The notes beneath the pieces were generated by a model. It worked only from the letters and a program-made list of their open reading frames with translations. It had not been told where the DNA came from and made no database searches. From Lepidodermella squamata (lineage: Eukaryota > Animalia > Gastrotricha): a stretch of 64,000 bases of DNA. Of the stretch, positions 9,800 to 22,800 are shown one piece after another (position 1 is the first letter of the stretch; every line of letters starts with the position of its first letter). The translations under genes were made by a program, and so were the position numbers. The stretch spans positions 1,860,001-1,924,000 of the forward strand of contig JBLDXI010000020.1 in NCBI GenBank assembly GCA_047495785.1, in the 5' to 3' direction.

Positions 9800-12700
9800 T
9801 CAGCATTTGGTTGATGGGTACAGCGGCAATTGGGGTTTAGCTCCATAAAAGCCTTTGAAGTGTAAGAATGAAGATCAAAATGTAAACACTACATCTGGGG
9901 TTATGCTTACCATACATTCCGTTGTTTGTTGGCTTCCATTTCATGCTAGTCGCTGTGGCTAGCTTCGGTGACGGTGAATGCGGAGTCGCTGGCCGCCACA
10001 TTGGAGTTTTTCTGTTCACACTCTCCGCAGAAGCATTATTGATCAGCGGCAATACGGCCGCAACTGATTTTTCACGTCTGCAGCATATTTTCGCAGCAGC
10101 AATGCATATCAAATCTACGATTAGTTGAAGGTACTCGAAAAGTGTCATGAAGGAGAAACCCAAAAACAGGCCGAGGATGCCACCAACCCATCCAAGTATA
10201 TCAGAAAACTTGGAAAATGAAAGTTTTCAATGTGATGTTAAGTTTGAGTTCAGATTTTTACCGTATAACTTTCCGACTCGGTCAGGGCGTGATAGTTGAA
10301 TTCCCGATAGAAGATGTACACCTCGCCAAATCGGGCACCGATCACTTCGAGTGCAGCCTTTTTAGCCTCAGCTTGATAGGTCGGTGAGTTTTTCGAAATT
10401 TTCGAGCAGGCCCGTAAGGCCGTTAGCATATCGCCCGATTCGCTTGAGTTGCCGCTGTTAATGTCGTTCGCGACATAGGACAAACTTTGGCAGGTTTTGT
10501 CCGTTTGATTTATTCTCGACTCGAAAATACTCAGTATGTTTTCGCACACTTTTGCCTTTATAAACAATTTGGACACGTACTTGAGATGTCTTCATTTCAT
10601 CGGTAGAAACTCACCGCAGCTTTATACCCAGGCCACATCAAATTAGAAACCTCGCTCGTGAAGGTGACATCGCTGCAGTTGAAATGTCTAAAATTAGTAC
10701 TCCAAGGTACCCAATTCAAAAGACATACTCGCAAGAGTCCGGACAGTCGCAATCGATGATCCTCGCAGAGTAATTTGCGAATACATCCTGTTTGCAATTC
10801 CCTATAATTGGGTGCGATGAGCCAAAATTCCGGCAGACAAAAATAACTTACAAAGAGTTGAGTTTGAGTAGAGGCATCGCTGTACTGTCGATAAATCAGC
10901 AAAGGCGCTGCCAGTATTCGGGTAATCAGTGTCGTAGCACTACAAAGCGATTTCGAATTATGTTAAAACAAAGAAAATGTCAATAAAAAGCTACCTTGCA
11001 TCGTTGCATCACAGCTCTTTGATAGCATGTTTTGTAGCATACACTGGCCGAATAGTCAACATCCATGATTTGAGTGAAAGCGTTCGAAGAACTGTTCGGT
11101 TCGAAGGTTCCCCGCTCTCGACATTCGCTGTATTTTGACGTGTAAAACGTCTCCGATACCACACCTAAGCGCTCACTCGATGTCTTGAGAAATAAGGTGA
11201 ATGTAATCATAGCAAGGTCAGAAATCAAATTACAAATGATAGAGCGATCCTTGTCGAAGTTCCAGGCCTCACTGAGATTCCTCCCTCTTCTGGAAAAGGC
11301 ATTTCAGTCTGATTATGGACCTTGATCCGCCATCCCACTCCAACTGTGCTATCCAAGCATCGCTCATAATCCGTGTTGAGTAAAAGGTAGAGCCCGTAAT
11401 CATCTCCTTGTCTCAATGCCATTCTAAGTGACGACCTCAATAAAAACGAGCTTGGTGAAAAGAGGGAGACATACTTTACCCCAGATTCATCATCTCCTGT
11501 TTTTATATCCCAAAGATAATTGCTACTTGACTTCTTATCTTCCAAACTATAGCCAAAGTTGAACGTGAAACAGTTTCCATGTACTGCATTCCAATGCCAA
11601 GTAACGAAATCACTATATAATATTATAAAATTCCCATAAATTTAGGTTTCTAAATGGATTAAGTAGGCATACTTGTCAATATGGCAAGCTTTGCCGTTGT
11701 ATCTACAACCTAGTATCATGTCGCAAAGCTGATGGCCAAGCTCCCTTCGATCCATATAGTCGACATTAGAAATTATCTCTTGAGTCTCGTATGTTTGATT
11801 GAAGGAATTTTCTACGACCTGAGCCGAAGCACTCGAAGCAATATCTTCCAGAATTGTGGGAAAGAAATTCGGGGCATTCGTTTTAGCTTCCACGGCGTTC
11901 CTAGTGGAGAACTGCTTCGCTAATTGAGTTACCGCGGCTTGTAAATTAGTGTATGACCCGCTATCAATGCCGTTTGAGGGGGTGCTAATTTTAGCAGCAG
12001 CACTGGCCACATTAGCGATGATATCGGAGATTTCTTTCGGATTCGCACTGCTGAGAATGACATTCGCTTGGGTGACTGCCGCTGCCACGTCAGTAGCGAT
12101 TACCCCTGCTTGAGAGACTGCAGCCACAGCAGCACTGGCAACAACATTCGCTACAGCATTCGTCAGATTGTCCGGTAAAGTAACAACCGGATTTATCGAA
12201 GGAGTTGAGGCGAGATTCGCTGCGACATTTGACGCGAGATTGCCTAGTACATTAGACTGAGTGCTGAGAATGTTGGCTTGTACACTGGATAACAGATTGT
12301 TCACAGCGATCGTTTGAGTGCTAGGTAAGTTGGCTGCTAAGCTAGACAGCAGCCCGTCCAGCGACGGAGTGGTTCCAACATTGGCAGCCAAGCTTGACAG
12401 CACGTTAGCCAAAATTATCGCATCGGTTGTTCCTAGATTGACGGTCGGCACTGTAACTCCCGGGATCGTTATTGTTGGGACGGTAACAGTTGGAACCGTA
12501 ACTGCCGGAATTGTTACTGTTGGAACCGTAACACCCGGAACCGTAACAGTTGGAATCGTAACTGCCGGAATTGTTATTGTTGGAACCGTAACTGTTGGAA
12601 CATTAACCGTTGGAATTACTGCAGGAAGGGCTCTTTTTCTCCTAGTCTTCTTTTTCAGCCTTTTAGGAAGTTGGTCTGAACTCACCACCCAGGTCGGATT

Positions 12701-13024
12701 ATTGTTGCAGAGAGTAACAGCTGGGAAAGGAAGTTTCAGCGCTGTAACAGCTTTAACCTTAGTATCAGCCTCCCATTGTAACAAATCGTTCGAAAACACA
12801 ATCATCTGCCAATAGAGGCCGTAGACGCAAAGCGCAATTCCACAGAACCACAGGAATTTTTTCAGCACGCCGTATTGCTTGATAAGCTGCGGTATGCCTT
12901 GAAGACTTGTTTCAACGAAGAAGGTTGCTAGGTAGTTGGAGATATTGACATCTCGTAACGCTGGCTTGTCGTACTCTTCGTTTTGGTCTTTGACAATCAC
13001 GCCGTAAGGTGGCCACAGTTTCAT
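9800..13024 (-). CDS. DEG/ENaC (amiloride-sensitive channel family) subunit, multi-exon
   Basis: TSLQG pre-TM1, TM1, FPAVTLCN, GHQLCDMILGCRYNG, HGNCFTFN, Cys-rich thumb (CYKTCYQ..C.C, CDCPDSC), WPG, TM2 GWVGGILGLFLGFS. The last exon and stop position are inferred. Confidence 0.93.
12434..12613 (-). repeat. 12x 15-bp coding tandem repeat encoding P-[TAG]-[VI]-[TN]-[VIL]
   Basis: Directly visible in DNA and protein. Confidence 0.95.
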
Positions 13025-13556
13025 GGCAAAAATTGTCTAAAACTCTCGTATGATTTACACCAGTTTGGAGTCATTTATTTTGATCATGTGAGTTTTCGAA
13101 CTTTTTCAATCAGTAACCTAGCGATGAGACTGCGCGCTTGCCCTCGGAGATTTTTAGAAGCTTTGACGCAAATCTGATGAGTGCGTAAAAATATCAGCTG
13201 CGGAGTGTGTCTAGGTCAGAAAAGTGGTTTGGAGTTGTTGTTTTCAACTCTCGGTGACGTTTTCAAATTACATAAAGCTCATCTTCATCAAAAGACGCGT
13301 AATGTTCACCTTTAGCCAGAAGCGCAGCGTGCAATCTGTCATAGCTGATCAGCCTAATCCCGCCAATGCGGACAAGTGGAAGTTTACGACGTCCTAAAAG
13401 CGTGTGACATCTATTTTGCTATTGGGACAAACCTTTACCCCGCACATTCTCGAGTTATTGACCGTACAATAAAAAGCAAAACGCTGAAAATAATTATAAG
13501 ATTGATTTTTATTCTGAGTGATTCATTACTGAGATCAGGGAGCAAGTATATTTTTG

Positions 13557-13979
13557 TCAAGTTTCAAATTCCCTTGAGGGGGCAATGTTTCCGCACGTAA
13601 TCGTACCGATCCTCTGCCGATAGTTTTAAACATTTCCGAGTTCTGACTGACCGCTTCTGAAGTAACAGGAAGTTTCGGATTAAATGATAAAGGTTCCATT
13701 AATTGATTTACTCACCCTAAAACATTCACGGCATGAATCCGACGTCAACTTTTCGAAATCTGCCTCAAATTGTTTGAGCAAATGGTCCATGCCATCATCG
13801 GAAGATGCCGGCATATCGAGCCAATCCGTCACTTGCTTGTCCATGATGTTGAAAACTATCCTTTGCAAGTTCTCGTCGTCTTCCTGATGTGATTTCGAAG
13901 TTGGCGATGTTCTGGAGGTGGCGGGTGCCGCTATTGCCAGCAGGGGCAATTCAATAATCATAAGTATCAAGAAATGCAT
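13557..13979 (-). CDS. Secreted 4-Cys family member 5 (short loop, 2 exons)
   Basis: MHFLILMIIELPLLAIA...CRECFR | intron 13715-13657 | KRSVRTRKCLKLSAEDRYDYVRKHCPSREFET*. Confidence 0.88.
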
Positions 13980-16900
13980 ATTCGCTCTAAATAATTGTAA
14001 TGAAATGCAAAGTGGATAGCGTGAGGGCAAAAAACGGATTGACAACATGTCAGTTGCAGTGTATCACGTACGAACCGATCATCAACACATCATGTCCTAT
14101 TTGAATCAATGTGAGATAACATTTAATTTGCGCCTCAAATTGAGACAAAGAACGTTTCTGAGCAGATCTAAATATGTCGCCTTGCGCTGAGACGTCTCCG
14201 AAGTCACCTTTCAGTACAACTTGGACTAAATTATGATTTAGACACGGTTGACGAGCCATATCTGTGAACTCAATATTCATGGTCTACATGTTACGGCTTA
14301 AGTACTGTCAGCAGACGTATGCCCCCACGGTAGGAATGAGGTTTGAAATGAATGATAAGTTGCAGTGAAGTGCGACATTCTGCCACAATAAATATATTCG
14401 ATAAATATACGTATTTACCAACACTATTTAAGCTCTAAAGAGTTCGCCAGAAGGACATGATCTCAAAATGAGGGGTAGAAGCATTTCCTTTCCTAATCGA
14501 AAAGCTCACCCCGCGATCCTCAGGATAATCATAACGAAATAAAAATTAAAGATCAAACATACGCTATTTATGTGTAATTTAGTGCCCTAGAGGCTACTAT
14601 TGTCCTATTCTGCGATACAATCTAGGATTAGGGCGAAGACCCTCAAAATGTATAAAGGCTACTAGTTTTTCGAACAAACTGTGAAATCGAAACTGCGAAG
14701 GCTTTGAAAACTTGAGGACTCTTTATTTTAGGAAAAATGGATGATTCAGGGGGTTATATCTGACCCTGAAAATACTTGCACACAATTTGATAATGGGATG
14801 GAACTTCAATTCAATTAAACTTGATTACGACACAATTCCGCACTTGTCGCGAAACATCAGGGAGTCCCTAAAATCTATGCTACGACGATTTCACTTTTGA
14901 CTAATTGATAGCTCAAAACAATTCAGTTAGGCGAATAATCCCAGCTTTCAAAATGAGCATTTTCTTGATATCGCCAATTAATCCTATTAGTGTAACTCAT
15001 TCCATTAAACCACCGAATGTGACAAATAGCGCAAATTAACATATTTGAACGCCCTATAATTCTATTTGATGGACCAAAAAAATAAGAAGAAGTCAGTCTG
15101 ACTTGAAAAAATCGACAAGTATAAGCTTATAAGTTATGGGTGCCCTGAATCTTACTAGATAATCGAGCGAAAAGTAGCTTGTACGAGTGTGAAAAAGCAC
15201 CTCAATTGATTGCCGGAATCCAAGGTTTTAATTTCAGTTAAAAAGGAAGTATTTTTTTCCAAACACACGGACTCGAGAAATGGTCCAATCATTCAGTGCA
15301 TATTCTCCTGAAATAGCGCAGAAAAATAGGGTAAATAACCAAGAATGTTTCGGGCTTGAAAACTTGCATAGAATTTGGGGAAATGTTGACTCGTTTGCGA
15401 CTCGTAAGAACTTTGAAATTCTAAGCCATGGCATAGAAGGAAGGATGCGCAAACTTAAGGACATTCTATTGCACTACAACAGCCAATCTACAACTGACAG
15501 CTGTGTTACGATGAGAAAAATCAATTATAGCTGTACCAGATCAGCGTGAGATCAATATATCAACAAAACGAAATGTCTCCATATGATTTTAGCAAAAAGT
15601 AGCTTTTTCGCAAATTTCGTTTTTTTCAGACAGAAATTCAAATTCAACGTTAGGAAGTGAATCCGTATCGATATTTATACCGAAGGTTAGAGCTATAAAA
15701 TCACATGGTCATTGAATATATTTGATAACTGAATAAATATATGCATTTTTCCTATAAAAATTCTAAAATTGTCTCATTTCTAGTTAAAGCCTTTGTTTTC
15801 AGCTTGGCTTATAAACAAAATATCGTCTAAGCTAAAATAGGTCATCTATTATCTCCAAATATTACGGGAAAAGTGGCTTACATCGAATGTTGGGGGCGAA
15901 GGGTGGGTTTATACGTGCAAAATAAATTCAAGGAAAATGAAAGTCTAGAGTCTAAAGTCTAAAGTATTTTCTTAGAAATACTTGCACGATGAGTTTGGTG
16001 GGCATTGAATAATGAAGCAAAAGGTGATTGAGATGAAACTATCCGAGAAAATTTGCCTTTAATAGTTGTCGCACGTCATTTTTGCGCGTGTTTGCGAAAA
16101 TAATTAAAATTGTAGGACAAGTCCCACTTTTTGCATTAGACATCAGACCCATAATAATAATAATAATAATAGTAGGTCACGCTACAAATGCCACTCAAGC
16201 TACAAATCGGACATTATTTCATGAAAAATGTCAATTTTTTCATAAATTTTTTTCAGTCATGCCATGAAAATGAAAGCTATTCGGAAAGTAATTAAATTAT
16301 GGTATTGAACGGCGAAAGGTGACAAAAGGTGTCAGATTTGTTAAGCCATTAGGTGATAATTGATACGTTCGAATGTCGCGGCTGACACCGATGTCTCCTA
16401 ATTAGTGTCTAATGGATGAGCGGATAAAATAGGCCTTTAATACAGGTGAAAAACAAGCTTATCCTTTTTGCACCCGCGCCTTGGAAAATAACGAGAATGT
16501 AATTCAACTAGTACAATATTCAGCTTCAAGCAATCAATTGATGGAGATTGAGAAGCCCTAGCTATCACAATAATGAAGTTAGCATGTCAATCAGTGCGTA
16601 AGAATCAGTGAAGCTATTAAATTTTTGAAAAATCGAAATTTGGACACGTGATTTATTTTGATAAAAACTTCAAGAATATCTCATATTTCTTGTTATATGT
16701 TCCGCAAGAATTCCCGCTAGTTTTGGCGTAGTCCTTAATCCAATATTTTTGCGGACACGTGATTAGGTAAAAAGGGTCAATTTGTGTGCCAAAGTTAAGT
16801 GCGACGAGTTCCCAGAAAATGACGAATGAGGATGAACATTTCTTTAGATGAAAATCGAAGTTCGAAAGATTGTCGCAATATAGTATACATGAGCAGTGAA

Positions 16901-17192
16901 GCATAAAATCTTGGATAATATACATTACTTGGTATATTAAAATCTCCCTACGCAGGCTGCTTGCGTCATCACAGCGGCTGCGTGTTGTGGAGACAGGTCC
17001 CAATATAAAAATAGGTCACGATGCGCAAGCCGCTATAGCCACTTAAGTGCATTAATGGCGTCATGCGTTGTTCCAAAAAGGCCTTCGAATATTACGTAAC
17101 GGTATATTTTTCGAATTTTTACGTCCCATCCCACTTCCCAGTCATGCAGTTGCCTTTCCTTAGTTTCCTTTAATATATGTAATGCGTAATAG

Positions 17193-17610
17193 ATGACCGT
17201 TAACAAGGGAAAAGTGGGGTTTGGCGATATTTTTACATCGTGAGATTTTAATGCTGCTTTCAAGATCAATGAACTAGGAGCCGAGCGATATCTAAAAGTG
17301 GTCGATAGCCATAAAATTTGCTGAGAAAATGGGCTTCAAAATGGCCAATTTCGAAAAATGCGCGCTATAAAAAATGAGTCTTTGATGTTATTTTCTTATT
17401 CGCAGTCGAGATTTTTCGGGGTAATCTGAGGTTAGGAATCTTGCGAGATGTTCAAATATTTGGATGAAATTTGGATGCTTCCACGTCAATATATATCGAT
17501 AAGCCTTTTCGGCGACACTTTTGGGTCTCCCGTTATTGAGGTGGATGGGAGCCTCCTAGATTTCTACATTTTGAAAATTCAAAATCCTCAAGAAAATCTG
17601 ACTAAGAACC
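17193..17610 (+). repeat. Diverged interspersed repeat A, copy 1
   Basis: Colinear similarity to 26882-27328 (e.g. ATCTGAGGTTAGGA, AAGCCTTTTCGGCGAC, GGATGGG.GCCTCCTAGA). Confidence 0.85.
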
Positions 17611-17797
17611 ACCAGGAATCCAAGAATCGTCCCACTTCAAGTCAATACAGAAAATTCGCCATTTTCGGTCACGAAAACATTAACTGTGAAGTTCTCCTAG
17701 AAATTGATAATTTCAAACTTATAGAAATATAGGGATGGTCCCAAAAAATTTTTCCAGAGAATTATGGATATATCACGTTATAACAGTCTTCATATTA

Positions 17798-17978
17798 CAG
17801 TGGAACCTTGATTCGCCGTCAGCTGATTTCCGTCGGACGGGAAATCAGGGCATGTAAAGATTAGATAGCGACTTCGACCGCAGAGGGGGAAATTAAACGC
17901 ATAACTACCAAGATTTCCCGTCAATTCGGATTTCCCGTCGGGAGTCACCGCAAATGACGGTGAATCAGAGTTCCACTA
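17798..17978. mobile_element. 181-bp MITE, Tc1/mariner/pogo-type ends
   Basis: ~24-bp imperfect TIRs (CAGTGGAACCTTGATTCGCCGTCA / TGACGGTGAATCAGAGTTCCACTA) flanked by TA on both sides; internal GATTTCCCGTC sub-repeats. Confidence 0.85.
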
Positions 17979-18290
17979 TATATTAATCGGACCCTAGGCG
18001 AGGCTAAGTTTCGAGGATAAAGTCTTTATAATATAAGCTTGCCAATTTTTAGCTGTCACTTGGGACTTTATCAGAGGTATTACCCTTGGCTTCCAGCAGA
18101 GCTTTCCAACGATTTTTTATCACCTGGGTGTACCCTATGGCTCATGAATAAATAAATTGTTCGAAGTAAATATGGAATCGAGGTTTTATCTCATTCATTT
18201 TTTATGAAATTTCGTCTATTCGATTTCGGGACGATGAAAAAAGTGGAGGCGATTTTAGTTTCATCATTTTATTTTAAATTTATTTCAATC

Positions 18291-19818
18291 TCAATAATCC
18301 AGCAAAAACACTGGCCAATAAACGACGTTGAACAAAGCGAATGAAAATGGGAACAAAATGCGGGATACGATATCGATTTGCTTAGCAACAGCCTTCGATT
18401 GCTTCGGATCGTTCCACATGTCGATGAAGCAAGCCGGCGCTGGTATGAAGTAGCAAAAGTGAACCGTATCGCCTGAATACGGCAAATTCGTCTTGCCAGC
18501 CTTCACCGCAGCTTCGTGCCGCTTCTTCTTATCCTCAATGTCCTTAGCTCGGCGGGCGAATTGATGGACAATAGCGAATTGGATGGTTGCCAAGAAAACC
18601 ATCATAATACAAGCCGCAATGTATATGTCAATTGATTTTGCATAGTTGACCTTCGGCAAATCGGCTTGGGCAGTGGCGAGTTGAGTTAACATTGTCATGT
18701 TAGTCGTGAATCCAATCGCAGCTCGGCCGATAGTACTGAAGAGAAAAATTTGAAAAAATCCAGCTTAATCAGCTTTCATCATTCATACCTGTCAATTGCG
18801 AGGTAGAAAGCGATCCAAGAGATGAAAACGGTTAAAATGGACGGAATGTAGTTTTGAACGAAAAAGTAGAACAAATCTCGTTTAAGGTGGAAAGTAGCTT
18901 GAATGCACGTGAATTCGCCGGTTTTCAGCTTTTTCGTACAGTCTTCAGTTGTAATTTTCTCCAAGATAAACTGAGGCAGTTCCATTTTGTCTAAGAAAAG
19001 CAGTTGAACTGGGTCCTTTTTCGCCCACAAGAATGCGAGTTCGGTCTTCGGGTAGCCGTAGCTTTCAACTTGAACCGAACAGCGTTGACGATCGAACGGG
19101 AAATCAAGCAGGACCATAGGGCAAAACAAGGTAAGGGTAATGCGGACACTGTAGAAAAGCCGCCCGTTAGGCTTGATATAGGCGAGTCGGTTCTCAAGGG
19201 TGACATCGTGAAATCGACCGGACTTTTCACTGAGGACAGAAAAAAAATAGATTTAATTGCATTGGATATTGGAAAATCGAATTAAAAAATTACTTTGTGA
19301 AAAATAGATCAGGGACCCATAGTTTGACAGCCTCGGACGCCGGCAGGGTGACATAAGCGAAATTTTTGTGTAAATCAGAACGAAGTCGGGGATCTTCCCT
19401 GTAATAATGTAAAAAAATTAAAAAATTGGGACGCGCATTTTTTTACACATACCATTGCATTTGAAGATCGATATCGATTGTGTAGTCCATTTTTGACTCG
19501 GAAATCGGGCCGAATGACGTGATAATGATGTTACAGGTCACGTTGTCCGCCTGCCCGCCGACATGCGGCCGAAAGGCGCTGCTGTAATTACGCGGGTCAT
19601 TGATCACGCGAAATAAATGAATGACTGGAAAAAATCGGGAAAATTCGGGGAATAATTCGAAAAAAATGGTGATTTTACTTACGGTAATCGGAATTGACTT
19701 CGCCGTCGGCTGGAGGTAGCGCAGACCCGGCCATGACCCAGTCGCGCCACGGGTCATTTGTCGCGCCGCAATTTTGAGCGAAAAAATAGGCGATAAGTAG
19801 AACACAACGCCGAAACAT
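18291..19818 (-). CDS. Cys-loop ligand-gated channel subunit, GlyR/GluCl-like lineage, divergent
   Basis: Signal peptide MFRRCVLLIAYFF, LWVPDLFF, Cys loop CPMVLLDFPFDRQRC, ESYGY, loop C CTKKLKTGEFTC, M1-M4, LPKVNYAKSIDIY. Confidence 0.93.
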
Positions 19819-22800
19819 CGGCAAAAATGTCGAAAAATCCTATAAAAAAAATTTAGGTCAAATAAAATGCGGATCCATTTGTTTTGTAAATATTTGAAAA
19901 AATACCCTGGAATCGTGATGGCGTATCAAATTGCAATTTACCTACAATTTTTTCGGGTGCATTTTCGAAGGTGCACCTGCGCTTCGAAAAGCTACAGCCA
20001 GCCATTGTCTGGCTGTGGCACTTGTCATCGTTGCCGGATGATGGTTTGACATATTTTTATTGCGGATTATAATGGCAAAAATAAAGTGCGCAAATAGACC
20101 CTTCATGTCACTCGTCTCTCTCTTTTTTTTCGAAGAAACAGCTTCAAGTGTGTAAAATATACTATTGTATAAATAGCCGCATCGGATCAACCTCTGTCCT
20201 GTTTTTAGAGCGCGGGAAATATGAAAGGACAATATGATATCTGCTCCCGTGCGTGTCGCCAAAACACGACGGTTGCCGCCAAAAGTCAAAATACTTGTAA
20301 TACACAATAGCAGGACGGGTGGATTATGAAGCGCGCGACGTGAAAAATACGACTAAAAAAACTGAAAAACCGGCCCCCAGCGAGACAACGCGTGCGGATA
20401 GATAGATTGTAGAAATATACTATATATCTAGACGAAGACAGACATTATCATCAGACGGATTATATTGTCCGAGGCAAAAATTGTTCGCGTGCGCGCGCAT
20501 CACAGTAGAACCACTTAATGACACCATGCTCGCCACGAAATATCAAACGCCGGGTGCCGCGATGCGCGCTTTCAAGTGGCGCGCATCCGGAAAAATATTA
20601 CTGCGCCATAACGACGTAGTATATTTTCCTCGCCGCGCCCAGCCCTATGACATCTATACCATTGTTATTAGTCGCCAAACAACAATGCTTCATACTATTA
20701 TTATCATTCCTTACACTCACTGTTATCATAGTAATATCCACTTCCTTGAGTGGAAGTGGTGCTATAGCGAATAGAAAAGTATATAATATATTAGGACTCG
20801 TTCGAGGCCAGGAAATATATAAATCGAGTGCAGAACGCTAGTGCTGCTAGAATTAACCACTTAAAGTTATCGGCAATTTTTCCACGGACTATTAGGAAGG
20901 ATGAGCTCTGTTTACAAATGACAACGATAACGCCTTATTAGCCGAAATGTGGCCCACGCGCCCATAAATCGCCTTATAAAGTTCGAGTGTCTGGCTTACG
21001 GCCAGGCAGTTTCATGAGCACCTGGCATTTTCTTATATAATATGTTATACAAGTAGTAGGTGCAAATATTTCAGAACGCCAAACTGACCAGGAAAAAATA
21101 GCTCTTAAATAAATTTTTCCTAACAATAGGCATAGGTACTATGATAGGAAAAAGTCACTACTGGTGACTAGGATCCGTATTTTATAGCGGTTGAATTTTA
21201 TCGGAAGGAAGCGAAAATTGCTAACGAAGCGCGCACTACTACGCGCGTTATACAATAACGCTAATAATGGCCGCAAAAATACAAGTATACATCATTATTA
21301 TTCGGACAGAATATTTCGATGATAGTTGTAGTAAATAATATTAATCAACTTTTGCCTTTTCCCCGAAAGTTTGTCAGCGAAAAAAAAATAGAAATTCGAT
21401 AGATTCGAGGCGGCTGAAAAATACATGTAATTATTATTTATTTTCTTATTTTTTTCATTATTAATGCGCTGAAATAATTTTCCTATATTATAACAAGTGC
21501 AATAGACGGCGATGTAACTAGTAGTCGCTGCTGTTGCTAGTCCCTATGTATATATTGGCTTTTTTATGGACTAGTGAAATATTTTTGGGAGCCGCGGAAC
21601 TCGATAAGCATTGTTTAGTCCAATTTTTCGGCAGCCCCTCTCTATTATTAGCACACAGCTATTAAACAAATGTAGGAAATTTTCTACGCAAGCAATTTTG
21701 ACAGGTTCAAAGCCGCCGTCTATCTCCCGATAATCTCTATACTCTACATTCGTATTGTGTATGATTTTCAACGTTGCTATATAGGAATTTCCGCGTAGCA
21801 AAAAAATAACTATGCTTTTTAAAGATTAAAATCGAGACAGCATGTCTCGGCAAACATTTGACAAGATACACACTTATAGTAATTATGGATTTATCGAAAG
21901 CAACTCTCTCCTTTCTTCGCCGCGTGTTAATATTTTAGTAGCTAGAAGCCTTTATTATTTTAGAATAAAATCAACACAAAAACGCCGAAAGCAACCGCGG
22001 CACCGAGCTGTCCAGTGCGCCTCGATTAATTCCTCGATTATTATTATCATCACGCATACAAAGCGAGCGAGGGGGAGCGAGCGAGAGATTGGGCGGACGA
22101 CCAATTTTTATTCATATTATATTTATAGCTAATTTTTGGTGTTATTCCTTACCTGCGTTCTAAGAAATAAGCGCAGGTGGGTTTATAAATTTTTCACCAA
22201 ATTCATTACCTCAGTTTTACGCCTGCTTCGAGTGTGTCAACAATGTTCGTAGCCACGATTTTTGCAACAAAAATGAAGCAGTGGTTATTATTTTTCACCT
22301 CCTTCCGCCCCTTACTCCTTAATAAATCATAGCGATGCATATTTTAAAGATTTTTCTCGCAAAACTTACTTTTTGCACTGCTGTGATTTTCCCTCTGATA
22401 ATATTCAATTGCTGGTCGTTGCAGGTAAAAAAATACTGTCTTTCGATGTGTAAGAGCACCTATAAAGAAAAAGTAGGTAAGAATATTTGAAGCCACTCAC
22501 AAAATTTCGAAAATTAAATATAGCTCTGCGTATAAAATAGCCCAAGGCTGGGCAGTGGCGATTTCCGTAATTTATTACATTTCATTATATTTACCTGACG
22601 CACATCGTGAGAAAAAAATTCGAAATTTTCGCGCGTAGTAATAGCCGCATATATTTACGCTATAAAACTTTTGCTATAAGATAAAATGTATAATATACGC
22701 TAACCGGCCATCGCCTGCTGCTATTTGAAACAATAAATAGTGTTGAAAATATCTGCCTTAATTATTTTTCCCACAAATTTCTGGTGGCGCTGGTTATATA

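Noticed and set aside
12434-12613. CRISPR-like or satellite array
   Set aside because: 15-bp in-frame coding repeats with no spacers, in a eukaryotic exon.
12318-12815. 165-aa plus-strand ORF with GTVTV repeats
   Set aside because: Antisense shadow of the DEG/ENaC coding repeat.
14400-14760. Possible inverted third copy of repeat A
   Set aside because: Only short, weak matches by eye; cannot support without alignment.
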